A stretch of 46,753 nt of DNA from an uncultured Geminicoccaceae bacterium (GCA_964412385.1 CAYPOV010000002.1:1-46753); one strand, 5' to 3'; shown: positions 25,653 through 35,186, counted from the stretch's first letter. A program made the numbers and translations. The notes: generated from the letters alone by a model not told the origin.

Positions 25653-27617
25653 TTAGAAAAGGAGATAGGATGTATCTCCTGAATAAACGAAATCATCCTG
25701 GTTCAAATTGGTGATACCCAAGGCGACGATGCTGTTGGTGCCGGTCCAAAACTCGTTGACGCCAAATGCGACATCGAGGTCGATTTCTGTTGAAATCTCC
25801 TGGCGCATGCCACGGCCCGCCTGAAAGACCGTGACCTCGTGGATACGCACGGCTTCGTCGCCAAAATCAAGCACACCGTTGCGATTGGTGTCGAGGCCCG
25901 CAAAATCGAAGCGATCACTCTTGTTGCCGACGCTGTAATGTCCGTCGATCTGATCGGCACCTTGGAAGAAGTCGATAATGACGTCGCGGCCGGTGCCATC
26001 GTTCGTGCGATAGCCCATGAAAAAGACGTCGCTGCCATGGCCTCCTTCGAGTAGGTCATCGCCGCCGGCACCATCGAGTATGGTGTTGCCGTCCTTGTCG
26101 TTGAGCCAATTCTTCTCATTGTCTCCGGAAAGTCTTCCGCCGAAGGCACCGAACTTGCCGGTGTAGAAATTGGTCGGAACAAAGTCGGCCTGAGTAAGCG
26201 ACGTGATGCCATAAACCGTCATCGTGTGGGCGCCTGCCTCGACTTCCGATGCCGTCATCCGCCCCGCAGCGAGATTGGCCGCACCCACATCGAGCGTCAT
26301 GCTCAACGCCCAGACATTGTTGTGCGTTTGCCAATCAACGGAGGTGAAATCGTCAAATTGATTAACGAAGCCATCGCCGTTAGTATCGAAGGCTTCAAAC
26401 CCGCCCTGGTGGTATTCGAATCCCTTGGACCCCTGGCGGTAAATGACGGCATCGAGTTTGTCGATGCCGGGCTGGAAATCGGCAACCAGATCGCTATTCG
26501 GGCCCAGCGTGATCGTGTTCATGCCGAACCAGCCGGAATAGTTCACCCAAAATCTCGGCTCGAAAATGTCGACGCCAAGCCCGCCGATGAGCGCATCGCT
26601 ATCAACGTCATCTCCCGGCCGGTCCTGGGGACCACGAAAGCCTCCGACGAGACGGTCATTGCCCAAACCGCCGTCAATCAGGTCGTTACCGCCAAGGCCT
26701 CCATTGATGTATTCGGAGCCTGCCTCGCCGTAGAGCTCATCATCGCCATTGCCGCCATCGATCCGGTCGTCGCCGTCACCGCCGAAGATGATATCGGCGG
26801 CGTCATTCCGATCCGCTGAATAGCGGCCCGATCCGCCATTGAGATAGTCGTGACCGGCATCGCCGTAGATCGTATCCGAACCGTCCCTGCCATTGATCGT
26901 GTCGTCGTGCTCCGTTCCAATCAGGAACTCGTCCTCGGCAGTGCCGTCGATAATGTGGCCAGGATCCCCTTCATCGATGACAATCACGGTTTCCGAGAGT
27001 GCCGATGGCAAAGCTGCGGGCTGGGTAAAAACAGGATTAACCACCAGAGGAGCCGCCACCGGAAACGTGGACGTGGTTCCGCCGCTGACTAAGCTGTCTT
27101 GGACAAAGTCTGTCGAGACAAGGCTGGCAATCCCGAAGAGCGAGATCTGATGGCCATAACCTGCCGTCTGATGCGGCGCCAAGAGACCGGCCGCCATTTG
27201 TGCACCGAAAATGTCCAGCGTAATCGTCGGCGCGGTGGCACCGCGATAGGTTTCGTCGGTAACGTCAACAAAGGTGTCAAGCTCGTTCAGTAATCCATCG
27301 AAATTACTGTCAAACATTGACAAACCATTGTGGCGATAGGTGTATTGTCCGCCGTCGAGTTGCCACAGCGCAATGCCAAGTTTGTCTTCGCCCTGCGTAA
27401 AATCGGTAATGAAATTGGTGTTTGTGGCGAGCAAGGTCGCACCAAACTCGTCCCAGCCTTGGAGGTTGGCCGCGGAAATTGACGCAAACACGTCATTGCC
27501 GGCCCCACCCGTCAAGGGTTTGCGTTGGCCTGTCGTCGTACCGAGATTGGCTAGACTTTCAAAATTACCGTGCAACCAGTCATCGTCCAGAGTAAATTGA
27601 GTGGGGTCGGTATTCAA
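25653..27617 (-). CDS. Secreted-type calcium-binding protein with RTX nonapeptide blocks and three EF-hand-loop-containing modules
   Basis: 654 aa with no N-terminal signal peptide. The GGxGxD repeats include GGAGNDVF, FGGDGDDRIDGGNGDDELYGEAG, NGGLGGNDLIDGGLGNDRLVGG and DGAGGDDLLEGGHGSDVF. Three ~100-aa modules begin DF-x-x-G-x-D-K/Q-[LI] and each carries a DxNxDG loop. Confidence 0.85.
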   Translation of the reverse strand: MNTDPTQFTLDDDWLHGNFESLANLGTTTGQRKPLTGGAGNDVFASISAANLQGWDEFGATLLATNTNFITDFTQGEDKLGIALWQLDGGQYTYRHNGLSMFDSNFDGLLNELDTFVDVTDETYRGATAPTITLDIFGAQMAAGLLAPHQTAGYGHQISLFGIASLVSTDFVQDSLVSGGTTSTFPVAAPLVVNPVFTQPAALPSALSETVIVIDEGDPGHIIDGTAEDEFLIGTEHDDTINGRDGSDTIYGDAGHDYLNGGSGRYSADRNDAADIIFGGDGDDRIDGGNGDDELYGEAGSEYINGGLGGNDLIDGGLGNDRLVGGFRGPQDRPGDDVDSDALIGGLGVDIFEPRFWVNYSGWFGMNTITLGPNSDLVADFQPGIDKLDAVIYRQGSKGFEYHQGGFEAFDTNGDGFVNQFDDFTSVDWQTHNNVWALSMTLDVGAANLAAGRMTASEVEAGAHTMTVYGITSLTQADFVPTNFYTGKFGAFGGRLSGDNEKNWLNDKDGNTILDGAGGDDLLEGGHGSDVFFMGYRTNDGTGRDVIIDFFQGADQIDGHYSVGNKSDRFDFAGLDTNRNGVLDFGDEAVRIHEVTVFQAGRGMRQEISTEIDLDVAFGVNEFWTGTNSIVALGITNLNQDDFVYSGDTSYLLF

Positions 27618-27687
27618 TCGACAAACTACCTAATTGTCAGCGCCGGTGCGGTTGCATGTGCCATAAACACGAATTCATTCAATTCGA

Positions 27688-27701
27688 GTGATCAAGATCA
27701 C
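27688..27701. promoter_or_regulatory. Perfect palindrome GTGATC-AA-GATCAC, ~70 nt upstream of the RTX-protein start
   Basis: Read directly from the sequence. It lies in the 217-nt AT-richer spacer between the RND 3' end and the RTX gene 5' end. The function is unknown (possible operator). Confidence 0.25.
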
Positions 27702-27834
27702 ACGTCACGAAATAAAGAATGACGGCACGGTGTGGCTCATTTCCCGCACCCCGCTAGCTCCAGAAAAACCAGAAAAGCGTTTCAGGCAAGCGGAACCTCG
27801 TTCGGCCAACCCGCGCCAAGTGACTTCGACACTA

Positions 27835-30800
27835 TCAAGCAGCCTCGGGCTTGGCCCGGATCAGCCTGAATCCCAGGGTATTTGCAGGTGCGGTCGACGG
27901 TTCGCGTCGTTTCATCACAAGTCTGAACATGGGCGGCACGAAGTAAAATGAAATGATCGCGGACAACAACACACCGGCGGCAATCGCCATCGCGAAGGGT
28001 GGCCAGAAGCCCCCGCCACCGAGGATAAGCGGAAGGAACCCACCGAACGTCGTGATCGTGGTCGAGCTGATATGGCGGCCAGCACCAGTGACGACGTCAA
28101 CCATCGCGTCATGTTCACCGCGCATGGCGCCTTCATCGCCTTGCAGCGAGGTCATGATGATGATTGCCGCATTGATCGACACACCGATCGAGCCGATCAC
28201 GCCGATTACGGCTTGAATGCCAAAAGGATAGTTGAAGACTGCAAGAGCCAGCACGCTGAGCCCCATAGACAGAATACAGACGATCGCGGCGATTCCGGCG
28301 AGCCGGAACGAATTGAATGTCACGACAATGGTGATGACCAGACCCGCAACGATGAGACCCATCGACGACATGAGATTGTTGATCGTCTGGTTTCGGGCGT
28401 CGGTGTCTCCACCCCACTCGATGCGATAACCGGGTGGCAAGTCGAGCGGCGTCTCTTGAAGGCGCTCTTGCACCTGGACCAAAGCAGCATCAGGCAGCAC
28501 TCCAACCTCGAGGAAAGCCTGAACCGTATTGACCCGCTCGCCATTGCGTCTGGAAATCGGGCTTTCTGACGGCACGATGTTCAGTGATCCGAGTGCTGAA
28601 AGCGGAATTCCGGGATAAGCACCGCCGGCCACCATCGCCCGGGCGCCGGGTGGCACAATATCGAGATGCGCGATCTGCTGGGCTCCCATCCGATTCGACT
28701 CGTCCAAGCGGACTCGAACAGGCAGCTCTTCGGTCCCCTCGATGAGCGAACCACCGGTAACCCCTTCAAGTGATGCATCGAGCTGCTGAGCGACATCGCC
28801 CATTTCGAGACCGGCCAAGCGTACCTTATCCTCATCCAGCTCAAACACGAGCTTGGGTGCGCCACCCAGAAGTGAGGCCTTGGTATGGGTCACCTCGGGT
28901 ACCGAGGCCATGAGGGTTCGTGCCGCTTCGCCAAGGCGGCGCAACTCCGAGAGGTCCGGGCCGACGAGGCGCATCTCGACAGGTGCATCGACGGGCGGCC
29001 CTTGAACCAAATCACGCACGATGATTTGTGCCTCTGGCACTTGTCGGTCGAGGTCGTTCTGCAGAATGGGAATGAGTGCGTTGGTGGCATCTTCGCTCAC
29101 AGTCGTCACGAGCGCTTCTGCAAATGCAGCGACACCATCCTGATTGGCCACCATATTGTAGTAGAACGCCGGGGCACTCTCGCCGATGACCCAATCGATG
29201 GTCTCAATCCCGTCATGGTGCTTCATGATTTCATCGACTTCCGAGGCAATCGCCTCGGTACGTCTAATCGAAGCGCCGTCCGCAAGCCGCACCTGGACGT
29301 AGAACTGATCCCGATCGACAAGCGGAAAGAATTGCGGCGTCAATGTTGGAAATGCGCCAAAGCCGATCACGGGCAGGACCAGGGCGCCCAAGATCGACAG
29401 TGCTGGATAGCGCAAGGAGAGCGCAATCGAGCGCCGGAAACCACGCGCTAACCAGCCGATCGTAAGACCGTGGCGCCAGAAGGCGAGACTGCCTCCTTCC
29501 GCACCGCGCGGCATCACAATGCCGGCGAGTGCAGGTGTCACCGTCAAGGCCAGAATGAATGAAACCAACAGCATGACGATCACGGCCGTTGCAATCGATC
29601 CCACAAAGTCCCCGGGTGGTCCGGGAAGCACAGCCATCGGCATGAAGGCCAGCACTGTCGTCACCGTTGATGCCAAGAGCGGTAGGCTCAGGCGCTTCAC
29701 CGAGCGGCCGACGGCAAGCGTTACGTCGAGTCCTGCCACAAGACGCTTGCGGATTTCATCGACCATGACGACGGCGCCATCGACCAGGAGGCCAAGAGCC
29801 ACGACGAGGCCCGTTACCGACATCTGGTGGATGGGAACGCCCAGCCTTTCGAGGATGGTGAGGGATGCCAGCGTCGTGAGAGGCAGCATCACGGCGACGA
29901 TCAATGCTGCGCGCCAACCAAGCGTGATGATCAAGACCACAATCACGATCGCAACGCCGAGCAACAATGTTTGCCCGAGTTCGCCCAAGCGCTCGAAGGT
30001 ATAACTGCTTTGATCAAAGAGGATTTCGTGCACCACGCCGTCGGGAAGGCCCGCTTCGAACTCGGTCATGGCGGCGCGGACCGAGGCCATCCAGGCGTCG
30101 ACTTGAAGATCCGATTCCATGCGAGCGGCAATCAGTACGGCAGGTTCGCGCTCCGTGAATGCCATGCTTTCGGGGGGCGCACGTGGCACGCGACGAACCG
30201 AGGCGATATCGCCGATCCGGGTGACGATCGCTTCATCGCTTGATGTGATTGGAATGCGACGGATGCGTTCGAGCGATGCGATCTCGCCCTCGACTTCGAC
30301 AAGGTAATCGTGGTTGTTACCGTGAACGCGACCGGCCTGAACCTTGGTATCAGCCTCAAATACGGCGCGACTGACAGCGTGGATGTCGAGCCCCAACGCT
30401 TCGAGATTGCCGGGATCGACCTCGATTAGGATTTCCTCCTCGGGCTCGCCATAGAGCCGGGCAAACTCGGTCCCTGAGAGACTTCGCAAGCGGTCCTGCA
30501 GGCGTTCGGCCAAGCGCGACAGGATCGCAATGGGTACTGCGCGACCTTCCTTGGCACGGATCCCGCTGATTACCGTGAAGGCACCCGTGCGGTCATTGTC
30601 GAACTCGGGTTCGGGCACACCTGGAGGGAGGTTAACGGCGGCATCCGCCAGTGCATCGCGGATCTCGGACCATGTCTGCTCGATTTCAGTGTCGCTGATG
30701 AATTCGGAAAGCTCGATGGTGACGATCGAAATCCCTGTGCGTGACGTCGATTCGATTGCATCGATCTCGGCGATCGTCTCTAGCTCTTCCTCGATCTTTT

Positions 30801-30987
30801 CGGTTACCAAGGATTCGACACGCGCTGGGCTCGCGCCCGGATAGGGGGTCACGACGGTTGCGAAGAGATTGGTGATCGTCGGGTCTTCTTGCCGGCCGAT
30901 GGTCAAGAGCGTCGATCCGCCGACGGCCACAATCATCAAGATGGCCAGGACCAAAAAGCGCCGTTCGCGAAAGAACAAAGTCGACAT
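27835..30987 (-). CDS. RND efflux transporter, inner-membrane pump (AcrB/HAE1-like)
   Basis: 1050 aa. It has the 12-TM architecture with two large periplasmic loops and a typical N-terminus FFRERRFLVLAILMIVAVGGSTLLTIGRQEDP. It starts 3 nt after the adaptor gene stop. Confidence 0.95.
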   Translation of the reverse strand: MSTLFFRERRFLVLAILMIVAVGGSTLLTIGRQEDPTITNLFATVVTPYPGASPARVESLVTEKIEEELETIAEIDAIESTSRTGISIVTIELSEFISDTEIEQTWSEIRDALADAAVNLPPGVPEPEFDNDRTGAFTVISGIRAKEGRAVPIAILSRLAERLQDRLRSLSGTEFARLYGEPEEEILIEVDPGNLEALGLDIHAVSRAVFEADTKVQAGRVHGNNHDYLVEVEGEIASLERIRRIPITSSDEAIVTRIGDIASVRRVPRAPPESMAFTEREPAVLIAARMESDLQVDAWMASVRAAMTEFEAGLPDGVVHEILFDQSSYTFERLGELGQTLLLGVAIVIVVLIITLGWRAALIVAVMLPLTTLASLTILERLGVPIHQMSVTGLVVALGLLVDGAVVMVDEIRKRLVAGLDVTLAVGRSVKRLSLPLLASTVTTVLAFMPMAVLPGPPGDFVGSIATAVIVMLLVSFILALTVTPALAGIVMPRGAEGGSLAFWRHGLTIGWLARGFRRSIALSLRYPALSILGALVLPVIGFGAFPTLTPQFFPLVDRDQFYVQVRLADGASIRRTEAIASEVDEIMKHHDGIETIDWVIGESAPAFYYNMVANQDGVAAFAEALVTTVSEDATNALIPILQNDLDRQVPEAQIIVRDLVQGPPVDAPVEMRLVGPDLSELRRLGEAARTLMASVPEVTHTKASLLGGAPKLVFELDEDKVRLAGLEMGDVAQQLDASLEGVTGGSLIEGTEELPVRVRLDESNRMGAQQIAHLDIVPPGARAMVAGGAYPGIPLSALGSLNIVPSESPISRRNGERVNTVQAFLEVGVLPDAALVQVQERLQETPLDLPPGYRIEWGGDTDARNQTINNLMSSMGLIVAGLVITIVVTFNSFRLAGIAAIVCILSMGLSVLALAVFNYPFGIQAVIGVIGSIGVSINAAIIIMTSLQGDEGAMRGEHDAMVDVVTGAGRHISSTTITTFGGFLPLILGGGGFWPPFAMAIAAGVLLSAIISFYFVPPMFRLVMKRREPSTAPANTLGFRLIRAKPEAA

Positions 30988-30990
30988 GGC

Positions 30991-32148
30991 TCAGCTACCG
31001 AGACTGGCGGCGACGCGCTGACCGGGTGAGACACGGTTGACACCATCGATGATCACGTTTTTGCCGTCGGCAAACGTGCCGCGGACGAACGCCTCGCCAT
31101 CCGCAACATGGATGATCTCGACGGTCTCAGAACTCACGAACTCTCCGTCGTCGCGTTCGACGACCGTCAATATTGTCCAAAGTCCGGACTGACCTTCGCG
31201 GAGCGCGCTGAGCGGCAGCCAGGCGCCTGGCTCATCGATTCTGCGTTGCCATTCCAGTCGAATAAGATCGCCGAACGGCACAGGTGAGGGGCCAGCCATC
31301 AAGAAGCGCGCTTCGACCGTCCGCGTGGTCATCGCAAGATCCGGGCGGAGGCTCACCAGTTCGGCGGAAACTTCCCCCTCTGACGTCGACAATCTGTAGT
31401 TTTCACCAATCTCGAGTTCGTCGGCGATGGTGGGCGGGATACCGATCTTGGCTTCCGGCCGGCCGGTTTCCAAAAGCGTGATGATGGGCATGCCGACATC
31501 GACGACAGCGCCCTCATCGCGCCAGCGCGCGGCGATCGTGCCTGAGAATGGTGCTTCCAGAGTAGCCTTTTCGATTTGAATGTCGATTTCGCGAATTTGC
31601 GCCTCGAGGCTGGCGATCCGTCCTGCAAGTGCGTCAACGGCGAAGCGCGCTTCGTCGAGGCGCTGCTGGGATGCGTGCCCCTGATTGGCGAGGGTTCGTT
31701 GACGATCCAGGGTTCGGTTGGCGAGCGCTCGGTCAGCCTCGGCCTGTTGGAGCTGCGCTTCGAGTGCGTCCTGCGACGCCATGAGCAGATCGATGTCGAG
31801 CTCGGCGATGGCGTCTCCTTGTTCGACGCGGTCGCCTTCGTCAACATGGACGGCGCGGACCAGTCCGCCAAGCTCGAATGCGACATCAGTCTCGCGATCG
31901 GCTGCAACGCGACCGGTGAAACGATCGAAAACCTCGAAGTGATCTTGAAGATCAATTCGGATGGTCGCAACGGGCAGCGGAGCGCGTGCATCGGCGACGG
32001 ACTCGTCGCCCGCGCGGGCATGAAAGTAGGCGACACCGGCCGCCATCATCCCCACCATACCCAGAGCAATGATGGTTCTCGCCGAGAGACCCATTGCGCG
32101 GCGCCAAAGATTCCGGGGCATTGGAGATTTCGTCAATTCATCAGCCAT
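30991..32148 (-). CDS. RND periplasmic adaptor (membrane fusion protein, HlyD_D23 type)
   Basis: 385 aa. It has an N-terminal anchor helix, a lipoyl-type segment (VDEGDRVEQGDAIAELD), a coiled-coil hairpin (LEAQLQQAEADRALANRTLDRQRTL) and a beta-barrel C-terminus. Confidence 0.92.
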   Translation of the reverse strand: MADELTKSPMPRNLWRRAMGLSARTIIALGMVGMMAAGVAYFHARAGDESVADARAPLPVATIRIDLQDHFEVFDRFTGRVAADRETDVAFELGGLVRAVHVDEGDRVEQGDAIAELDIDLLMASQDALEAQLQQAEADRALANRTLDRQRTLANQGHASQQRLDEARFAVDALAGRIASLEAQIREIDIQIEKATLEAPFSGTIAARWRDEGAVVDVGMPIITLLETGRPEAKIGIPPTIADELEIGENYRLSTSEGEVSAELVSLRPDLAMTTRTVEARFLMAGPSPVPFGDLIRLEWQRRIDEPGAWLPLSALREGQSGLWTILTVVERDDGEFVSSETVEIIHVADGEAFVRGTFADGKNVIIDGVNRVSPGQRVAASLGS

Positions 32149-32172
32149 GGGCGATGCCTATCGACTTTGGGA

Positions 32173-32195
32173 TTATGTTACGGCCACTAACATAA
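32173..32195. promoter_or_regulatory. Candidate TetR operator 1: TTATGTTA-N7-TAACATAA (perfect 8-nt inverted repeat)
   Basis: Read directly. It lies in the 126-nt divergent spacer between the adaptor gene (start 32148) and the TetR gene (ATG 32275). Confidence 0.5.
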
Positions 32196-32223
32196 GGTGA
32201 TTTCGCACAGGTTCAAACAAAAA

Positions 32224-32238
32224 GTTATGGTGCTTAAC
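32224..32238. promoter_or_regulatory. Candidate TetR operator 2: GTTA-N7-TAAC (same core and spacing as operator 1)
   Basis: aGTTAtggtgctTAACat compared with atGTTAcggccacTAACat in operator 1. It lies 37 nt upstream of the TetR ATG. Confidence 0.35.
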
Positions 32239-32274
32239 ATTGCGCCTCGATCATTGTGTTGCCAGATTGCAGGC

Positions 32275-32922
32275 ATGACCAACAATTCCGATATCTCCGT
32301 TGCAGCGCCCGCAGGACGCAAAAGCTATCACCATGGCGCGCTACGCGAGAGCTTGATCGCGGCCGCCCATGAGCTTGTCGCCGCTGGCGGCCTCAAAGGC
32401 TTCACGCTTGCCGATGCAGCCCGCAAGGTCGGGGTGAGCACGGCCGCACCCTACCGTCATTTTGCCGATCGGCAGGCGCTGCTCGATGCCGTGTGTGGCC
32501 TGGCGTTCGAGCGGCTCACGGAAAGATTGGCACAAGCGCGCGACGCTAAACCGGTCGGCTCGATCGAGGCGATCGTCGAAATGGGCAAAGCCTATGTTCG
32601 CTTCGTCGGCGAGAGCGAGTCACTGTTTGAGCTGATGTGGAGCCGGCATCTGGAGGGGCTGGCTACGGATGAGACTGACGATGTAGGGCGGCGTTGCTTT
32701 CAGACCCTTCTCGATGCCGTAGGTGCCTATTGCAGCACGCATAATCTGGAAAACCGCAACATCCTTGAAATCGCGATGCCTCTTTGGGTGATGGTCCATG
32801 GAACGGCGAGCCTGGTGTTGGGCCGGAACATCGACGTCGTTGCACCCGGTATTCAGACCGGCACAATGCTCGAACAAGCAACGCACGCCTATTTTGCCGG
32901 TCTGGAGGCGCAACGCCTTTAG
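32275..32922 (+). CDS. TetR-family transcriptional regulator
   Basis: The track ORF begins at 32197. The ATG at 32275 gives MTNNSD... The HTH is FTLADAARKVGVSTAAPYRHF. The gene is divergent from the RND operon. Confidence 0.9.
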   Translation: MTNNSDISVAAPAGRKSYHHGALRESLIAAAHELVAAGGLKGFTLADAARKVGVSTAAPYRHFADRQALLDAVCGLAFERLTERLAQARDAKPVGSIEAIVEMGKAYVRFVGESESLFELMWSRHLEGLATDETDDVGRRCFQTLLDAVGAYCSTHNLENRNILEIAMPLWVMVHGTASLVLGRNIDVVAPGIQTGTMLEQATHAYFAGLEAQRL

Positions 32923-32925
32923 CCG

Positions 32926-34137
32926 ATGGCAGAACTGCTGGAGATCGACAACGAAACCGCCAGGCATCTGGTCCTGGGCCTTCAAGGCCTAAGCACGCCG
33001 CCCCGTCAGAAACTCACCACGACAGGACTTTCAGCGAAGATTTCGGAGCTCGGCTACGTCCAACTCGATAGTATCAACACCGTCGAGCGCGCCCACCACA
33101 TGATCCTTGCAGCGCGCAATGACACCTATCGTCAAGAGCAGCTCAAACGTGCCTATGACAAGGAGCGGCGACTCTTCGAAAACTGGACGCACGACGCCGC
33201 GGTCATTCCGATGGAATATTATCCTTATTGGATTCCGCGCTTTCGCCGCAACGCTCCCAAGCTCAAAGCGCGCTTCGAGCAATGGCACAGCGTAACTTTC
33301 GATGGGGATATCGACCGGGTCAAACGCCATATCGAAACCCATGGCCCGATCAACTCCCGTGTTTTCTCGGAAGAACGAAAAGGGATTTCGGGAGGCTGGT
33401 GGAATTGGCATGGTGGCAAGATTGCGCTCGAATATTTGTGGCGCACCGGTGAACTTGCCGTCTGTCATCGCGAAAACTTCCAGAAGATTTATGACCTCAC
33501 GCCCAACGTCATTCCGGTGGCGTTCCGAACAACAACACCGGATCATGACCAGTTCGTCGATTGGCATTGCCGCGCTGCGCTCGAACGGTTGGGCTTTGCA
33601 ACGCCGGGCGACATCATGCGGTTCTGGAATGCCCTCACGCTCGATGAAGTCAAAGCCTGGTGCGTCCATAGCAATCTTCCGCGTGTATCCGTTGAGGCTT
33701 CCGACGGTACGGCACCTCGCCAGATGTGGGCGCGGCCTGATATCGAGGATGTTCTTCAGTGTCTCGTCGAGCCCCCCGGCCGCATCCGATGTTTGAGCCC
33801 GTTCGATCCGCTTTGTCGTGACCGCAAGCGCCTCGCCTGGCTTTTCGGCTTCGATTACCGCATCGAAGTTTTTGTCCCGGCTGCCAAGCGTCTCTATGGT
33901 TACTATGTGTTCCCGCTGCTCGAGGGATCGCGCTTGATCGGCCGCATCGATATGAAGGCCGACCGCGTCAATGGCATTCTTTGTCTTTTAGGCCTATGGC
34001 TTGAACCCGGGATTACGTTTACCAAAGGTCGAATGTCCAAACTCGAATCGGAGCTCTCACGCATCTGTCGTTTCGCCGGGCTTGAAAGCTGGTCACCGCA
34101 ACAGCTGCGCTCACTGATGTCACCCTCACCAATTTGA
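32926..34137 (+). CDS. ycaQ: YcaQ/AlkZ-family winged-helix DNA glycosylase (interstrand-crosslink repair)
   Basis: 403 aa. YVQLDSINTVER contains the Q-hydrophobic-D catalytic motif of the YcaQ type. SPFDPLCRDRKRLAWLFGFDYRIEVFVPAAKRLYGYYVFPLLEGSRLIGRIDMKADR aligns closely with my recollection of E. coli YcaQ. It starts 3 nt after the TetR stop. Confidence 0.85.
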   Translation: MAELLEIDNETARHLVLGLQGLSTPPRQKLTTTGLSAKISELGYVQLDSINTVERAHHMILAARNDTYRQEQLKRAYDKERRLFENWTHDAAVIPMEYYPYWIPRFRRNAPKLKARFEQWHSVTFDGDIDRVKRHIETHGPINSRVFSEERKGISGGWWNWHGGKIALEYLWRTGELAVCHRENFQKIYDLTPNVIPVAFRTTTPDHDQFVDWHCRAALERLGFATPGDIMRFWNALTLDEVKAWCVHSNLPRVSVEASDGTAPRQMWARPDIEDVLQCLVEPPGRIRCLSPFDPLCRDRKRLAWLFGFDYRIEVFVPAAKRLYGYYVFPLLEGSRLIGRIDMKADRVNGILCLLGLWLEPGITFTKGRMSKLESELSRICRFAGLESWSPQQLRSLMSPSPI

Positions 34138-34213
34138 CGCCGAATTCACGAGACATTCACCAGACACTGAACCAGTTGTTAGATCAGGCGAAGCGAGGCG
34201 TGACGACAATTGC

Positions 34214-35176
34214 GTGGACAGGATCGCTATGCACCAATTCATGATAAGCATTCGTATTACTCTAGCACTCTCGGCGACGGCGTGGCTTGCTGCTTGTGCC
34301 ACGACGAGCACCTATCCCGAACCGCAGAAAGACGCGTCGCCTGCACTTTGGAAGGTCAGCGACCAGGACAGCTCCATCTATCTGTTCGGCACGATCCATT
34401 CGCTTCCGCGCGGCGTTCCGTGGCAAACTATCGAGGTCACGGAGGCGGTCGACCAATCCGAAATGCTTGTCACCGAAAGCAACGCCTGGTTCGGGCATTC
34501 ATGGACCACCAACAGGATCATCCGCACTGAAGGATTTTATCCCAAAGGTCAGAGCCTGAGCGATACGCTCGATCCTGAAACCCGTGATCGCTTGTTCGAG
34601 GCAGGTCAGGCGATTGGCTATGATATCGAGGAAATGGATCGCATGCGGCCATGGCTCGTGGCATTCAACTTTGGTGCGACCGCCGAGGATGATCTTCGCG
34701 GCAGTCGTCGCTATGGTGTCGAAACCATCCTCTATGAACAGGCCGAGACGCGCGACTTGCCTCTGTCGCGACTTGAGATTGCGCCGGATGTCATGCGCGC
34801 CATGACTAAGCTTGACGAAGCCGATCAGATCCAGATGCTGGAGGCTGCCCTCGAAGATGTCGAAAATGCCGGCTACGCCCGGAGTTATCATCAGTTGATC
34901 GATGTCTGGCTCGAAGGTGATCCGGAACGCTTGAGCGATTTGCACGCAAGCTCGTCACTTTGGAGCAATTCGGCTTTCTATGATGTGCTCTTGACCAACC
35001 GCAACACGGCATGGATGGATCCGCTCGAAGACCTCCTCGCTAATGACACTCAGGCGTTTGTTGCCGTTGGCGCTGCACATCTTGCGGGACCGGATAGTGT
35101 GGCGGCCCTTCTTGAAGATCGTGGCTACGAGGTGGTTCGTGTGGATCGCGCCGGGCTGCTTGAGACCAGGCAGTAA
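34214..35176 (+). CDS. TraB/GumN-family protein (lipoprotein-type signal)
   Basis: 320 aa. The signal/lipobox is ALSATAWLAACA. The motifs YLFGTIHSLP and AFVAVGAAHLAGPDSV are typical of TraB/GumN. The start may be ATG 34229. Confidence 0.83.
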   Translation: MDRIAMHQFMISIRITLALSATAWLAACATTSTYPEPQKDASPALWKVSDQDSSIYLFGTIHSLPRGVPWQTIEVTEAVDQSEMLVTESNAWFGHSWTTNRIIRTEGFYPKGQSLSDTLDPETRDRLFEAGQAIGYDIEEMDRMRPWLVAFNFGATAEDDLRGSRRYGVETILYEQAETRDLPLSRLEIAPDVMRAMTKLDEADQIQMLEAALEDVENAGYARSYHQLIDVWLEGDPERLSDLHASSSLWSNSAFYDVLLTNRNTAWMDPLEDLLANDTQAFVAVGAAHLAGPDSVAALLEDRGYEVVRVDRAGLLETRQ

Positions 35177-35186
35177 AATCTGGAGC

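Noticed and set aside
27701-27735. Imperfect hairpin CACAC-GTCA...TGAC-(6-nt bulge)-GTGTG downstream of the RND gene as a possible terminator
   Set aside because: The pairing needs a 6-nt bulge and lacks a U-run in the RND transcript orientation, so it is too weak to annotate.
27618-30987. Idea that the adjacent RND pump/adaptor exports the RTX protein
   Set aside because: RTX proteins use ABC-type T1SS exporters, not RND pumps. The RND operon has its own TetR regulator and is separated from the RTX gene by a 217-nt spacer. The adjacency is judged coincidental.
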